Source: a virus
Lineage: Duplodnaviria > Caudoviricetes
IMG/VR virus record: IMGVR_UViG_3300012913_000005
Location: 1-27,188 of that record
Direction: 5' to 3' (one strand)
Length of the DNA: 27,188 nt
A program made the translations under genes and the position numbers. The notes below the pieces were generated by a model. That model was not told the origin of the DNA and did not search any database. It saw only the letters and a program-made list of their open reading frames with translations. Positions 24,813 to 27,188 of this stretch are shown one piece after another. Numbering within the stretch: the stretch's first letter is position 1; the number at the start of each line of letters is the position of its first letter.

Positions 24813-24842
24813 TTGACGCTTAAGAGTCACGACTGCTAAGTT
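24813..24842 (+). promoter_or_regulatory. Divergent promoter TTGACG-18-TAAGTT
   Basis: Overlaps palindrome TGACGCTTAAGAGTCA. Confidence 0.65.
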
Positions 24843-24848
24843 CCTCAC

Positions 24849-24960
24849 GGTGGGATAGGTCGGTTCAGGTGATCTTCACCGGGACGCCTGTAACGTTTCA
24901 ATCTTTGTTCGACCTGCGGAAATGCGGAAAGCCCCGGTGTCGGCTCACCGGGGCTTTCCT
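24849..24960 (+). ncRNA. Candidate ~110-nt small RNA
   Basis: Between the + promoter and a strong terminator, no complete credible ORF, AGGTCG..CGACCT closing stem. Confidence 0.35.
24926..24959. terminator. Bidirectional terminator hairpin
   Basis: 14-bp stem GGAAAGCCCCGGTG/CACCGGGGCTTTCC. Confidence 0.85.
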
Positions 24961-25004
24961 GGGATCGGTGTCCGGTTTCCCGCCGGGTCGATCCTGTGGG
25001 GAGG

Positions 25005-25277
25005 TCAGACAGCTACAGGTACGAGGTCTGTTCGCGCGCCCTGGCCGGGCCGGTTCGCCAGCCAGTCGTCCAGGTCGGCACGCAGGAAGACCGGCATGCT
25101 GTACTGGTCCACCACCTCACGGTGGTCGATCTTCGGCCCGATGCCGCGTGCCTCGTAGCTGGACAGCGTGTTGCGCTTGAACCCCAGGTAGATAGAGGCT
25201 GGGCCGTACCCGACGAACTGGGTCACGCCCTCGTACTGGTCAGGCATGCTAGACGTATCGATGGGTTCTGTCGCCAC
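25005..25277 (-). CDS. AlpA/Xis/MerR-like HTH DNA-binding protein
   Basis: ASIYLGFKRNTLSSYEARGIGP..F.RADLDDWLANRPGQGARTDL; monocistronic with own promoter and terminator. Confidence 0.8.
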   Translation of the reverse strand: MATEPIDTSSMPDQYEGVTQFVGYGPASIYLGFKRNTLSSYEARGIGPKIDHREVVDQYSMPVFLRADLDDWLANRPGQGARTDLVPVAV

Positions 25278-25316
25278 GGTCTCACCCTCTCTCAAACGCG
25301 AATGGTCCACGCCGTC

Positions 25317-25346
25317 ACTATACAGGCACGCCTTTTAGGATGGCAA
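25317..25346 (-). promoter_or_regulatory. Promoter TTGCCA-18-TATAGT
   Basis: Family-like spacer (ACAGGCACGCCT on +). Confidence 0.7.
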
Positions 25347-25370
25347 TGATCAAGACTTCTAGGTCACAGC

Positions 25371-25775
25371 TCAGGACGTCGAACTGGTCCTGAGCCATGC
25401 GTGGATCTGGTCCCAGCCCGCCGGAGTGTGGAACTCGTCATAGGGCGGCGCGTCGATGTGCGACCCGGTGCATGCCGAGGTACGGAACAGGTACCACCGG
25501 TACGCGCTGTTGTTGACGACGGTCAACGTCTGCGAATACCCGTTGAAGTCGGCGAAACACTGGTTACGGGGAGCGTCGGCGACGTCCCGGTTCGGCATGA
25601 TCACCGTGCCGAGAGGCGGCGGACTGATGGTGTTGAAGGCGCAGATGGAGTGCGCGTAACAGTTGCTCAGTGCGGCGGTCTGAACCGGCGCGGCCGGAGC
25701 CGGGGAGGTGATCCCCAGCGCCGCGATGAACGCGAGCGTGAACGCGGCCAGCGCCTTCCTGATGGTGCCCGTCAT
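25371..25775 (-). CDS. Secreted protein, peptidase-inhibitor I36/beta-gamma-crystallin-like
   Basis: Signal peptide ending in SPAPA; C....IC.F, VVNNS..W.LF....CTG motifs. Confidence 0.65.
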   Translation of the reverse strand: MTGTIRKALAAFTLAFIAALGITSPAPAAPVQTAALSNCYAHSICAFNTISPPPLGTVIMPNRDVADAPRNQCFADFNGYSQTLTVVNNSAYRWYLFRTSACTGSHIDAPPYDEFHTPAGWDQIHAWLRTSSTS

Positions 25776-25807
25776 CCTGATGAGTCCCGTCTGTAGGTGG
25801 CGTGCGG

Positions 25808-26122
25808 TCAGTCGCACACGAGGGTGTTGCGGTACGCCGTCATCCCGGCGCGCACTGCCCGGGACCTGTCACCGAGTGGACCGGCCACTGGTTCGGGCCC
25901 GGATAGGAATACGTCGATCATCGCGCACATGGCGCGGTCCTGTTGCAGCTCCAGGTGGTCCCGCTCGCGGTCCGCCTGGCGTTCGTTGGTCCATATCCAG
26001 AAGGACAACAGACCGGCCAGTACCAGCGCGCTCACTCCCCAACTGGCGAGCACGTACCAGACTCGCCGGGGGATGGCCCACGTCTCCGCCGTGGGGCGGA
26101 CCTCATCACCAGGGGAGGTCAT
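25808..26122 (-). CDS. Single-TM membrane protein with short coiled coil and Cys pair
   Basis: TM WYVLASW..LLSFWIW; ATGA coupling. Confidence 0.75.
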   Translation of the reverse strand: MTSPGDEVRPTAETWAIPRRVWYVLASWGVSALVLAGLLSFWIWTNERQADRERDHLELQQDRAMCAMIDVFLSGPEPVAGPLGDRSRAVRAGMTAYRNTLVCD

Positions 26123-26394
26123 TCGGTGTCACCCGATCCCGCCGTGGACGGCCCAGGCGATAGTGAGTGCTGTTGCTCCGACGACTCCAGCGACTGCGAT
26201 GAGAGACTGTCCCGGGTACCTGGCCCTGAGAGCCAGAGCCTGAGAAATCCGGGACCCATCATGGTCGCCGCGCTGATCAGCATGAGCGGCCACGGTCCGG
26301 CCGTGATCACGGTCCACGTACCCCAGCCCGATCCCAGCGCCAGAAAGAACAGGTCGCGCTGGAATGCCGGTAAAACTCTCCGTCTGGTGGTCAC
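26119..26394 (-). CDS. Two-TM small membrane protein
   Basis: RDLFFLALGSGWG..WPLMLISAATMMGPG; Ser-rich tail. Confidence 0.7.
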   Translation of the reverse strand: MTTRRRVLPAFQRDLFFLALGSGWGTWTVITAGPWPLMLISAATMMGPGFLRLWLSGPGTRDSLSSQSLESSEQQHSLSPGPSTAGSGDTE

Positions 26395-26404
26395 GCACTG
26401 GTCC

Positions 26405-27187
26405 CTACCTTTCCGGAGCCGGGCGCTGTTTCAGTGAGGTTACCTTCCGGTTGGATGACGGCCCTGATCTCGCGCCCCGGACCCGGGCGTACATCGGGTC
26501 CCTGACGACCGGGCCGTTCCAGTCCAGCTCCAGCGCCGATCCCTGACAGTGCTTCTCCGCGCGCCGGTCGGCCGCGCGGTGCTTGGTGATGGACGGTACG
26601 GGCCGATGGTCCACTAGGGATGGCCAGGTGTACCAGACCTCTGATCCCCTGATCCGCGTCCAGCCCGATACCCGCATGTCATCAGGTACCCCCGTCATCC
26701 GGTCGGCACGCGCGATCATCTCGGGGATCAGCTTGGTGGGGAGGCAGATGGCGACGCCCCACATCAGCTTGAGGCTGACGACCCAGCACGCCTCGCGCCG
26801 GTCCGCGTCCGCCGCGATCCTGGACCACCGGTGCGCGACCGCACCTCCCCGGCCCAGGTACGGGCAGACCGTGACGTCGTCGGGCACCGATTCCAGCGCG
26901 CGCTCCAGTCCGGCCAGCAGATCGGGGCACGGCACCGCGTCGTCCTGAAGCAACAGGTGGAAGTCGGCGTCCGGGTCGGCCAGCTCCCACGCGGCGCGCG
27001 CGACCCGCCAGACCCGGTCCGAGTTACCGGACGGCGGGCCCTCCATGTCGTAGTGGACCTGGACCGGCCGATCCAGCGCCACGAGCATGTCGGCCACCAG
27101 GTCGACGACCTCGGCCTGCTCGGCCTCGGGCACGAGGAGGCGGCTCGTGATCGCGCAGCCCTGCCCGGCGTGGGACGTGATGGTGAA
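26405..27187 (-). CDS. Glycosyltransferase-like (GT-A) protein, 5' truncated by the window
   Basis: HLLLQDDAVPC (DxD-like), PDD, PSLVDH motifs; frame open to the window edge. Confidence 0.7.
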   Translation of the reverse strand, partial: FTITSHAGQGCAITSRLLVPEAEQAEVVDLVADMLVALDRPVQVHYDMEGPPSGNSDRVWRVARAAWELADPDADFHLLLQDDAVPCPDLLAGLERALESVPDDVTVCPYLGRGGAVAHRWSRIAADADRREACWVVSLKLMWGVAICLPTKLIPEMIARADRMTGVPDDMRVSGWTRIRGSEVWYTWPSLVDHRPVPSITKHRAADRRAEKHCQGSALELDWNGPVVRDPMYARVRGARSGPSSNRKVTSLKQRPAPER

Positions 27188-27188
27188 G

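Noticed and set aside
24869-25180. 103-aa + strand ORF after promoter 24813
   Set aside because: Runs through a strong terminator and antisense into the HTH gene; atypical composition
1-27188. CRISPR array, integrase/att site or insertion sequence
   Set aside because: No regularly spaced repeats and no recombinase or transposase motifs; lifestyle cannot be determined from this window

Overview
A roughly 70% GC fragment of an actinobacteriophage genome (tailed dsDNA phage; actinomycete host inferred from composition and gene content). Almost all genes lie on the minus strand with tight ATGA/TGATG coupling. In transcription order (right to left) the window holds: a partial glycosyltransferase-like gene, two membrane proteins, a secreted protein, an HTH regulator, an SprT-like metalloprotease, RuvC, a YqaJ exonuclease, a ~500-nt non-coding structured-RNA locus with two atypical tRNA-like elements, two paralogous SSB-like proteins, an SF2 helicase, a 1480-aa primase/NTPase/DNA polymerase A fusion, small and large terminase, many tiny Cys/His proteins, endolysin and holin, an HNH nuclease, and a lower-GC repeat-rich gap. 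No integrase, portal, capsid or tail gene was recognised. Standout observations are (i) the single-chain replisome with non-canonical PolA active-site residues, (ii) the tRNA-mimic RNA locus, and (iii) a family of about 13 sigma70-type promoters built on a shared palindrome, plus a related TGAC-N8-GTCA palindrome that often incorporates stop codons. All family assignments come from motif recognition by eye, not database searches.
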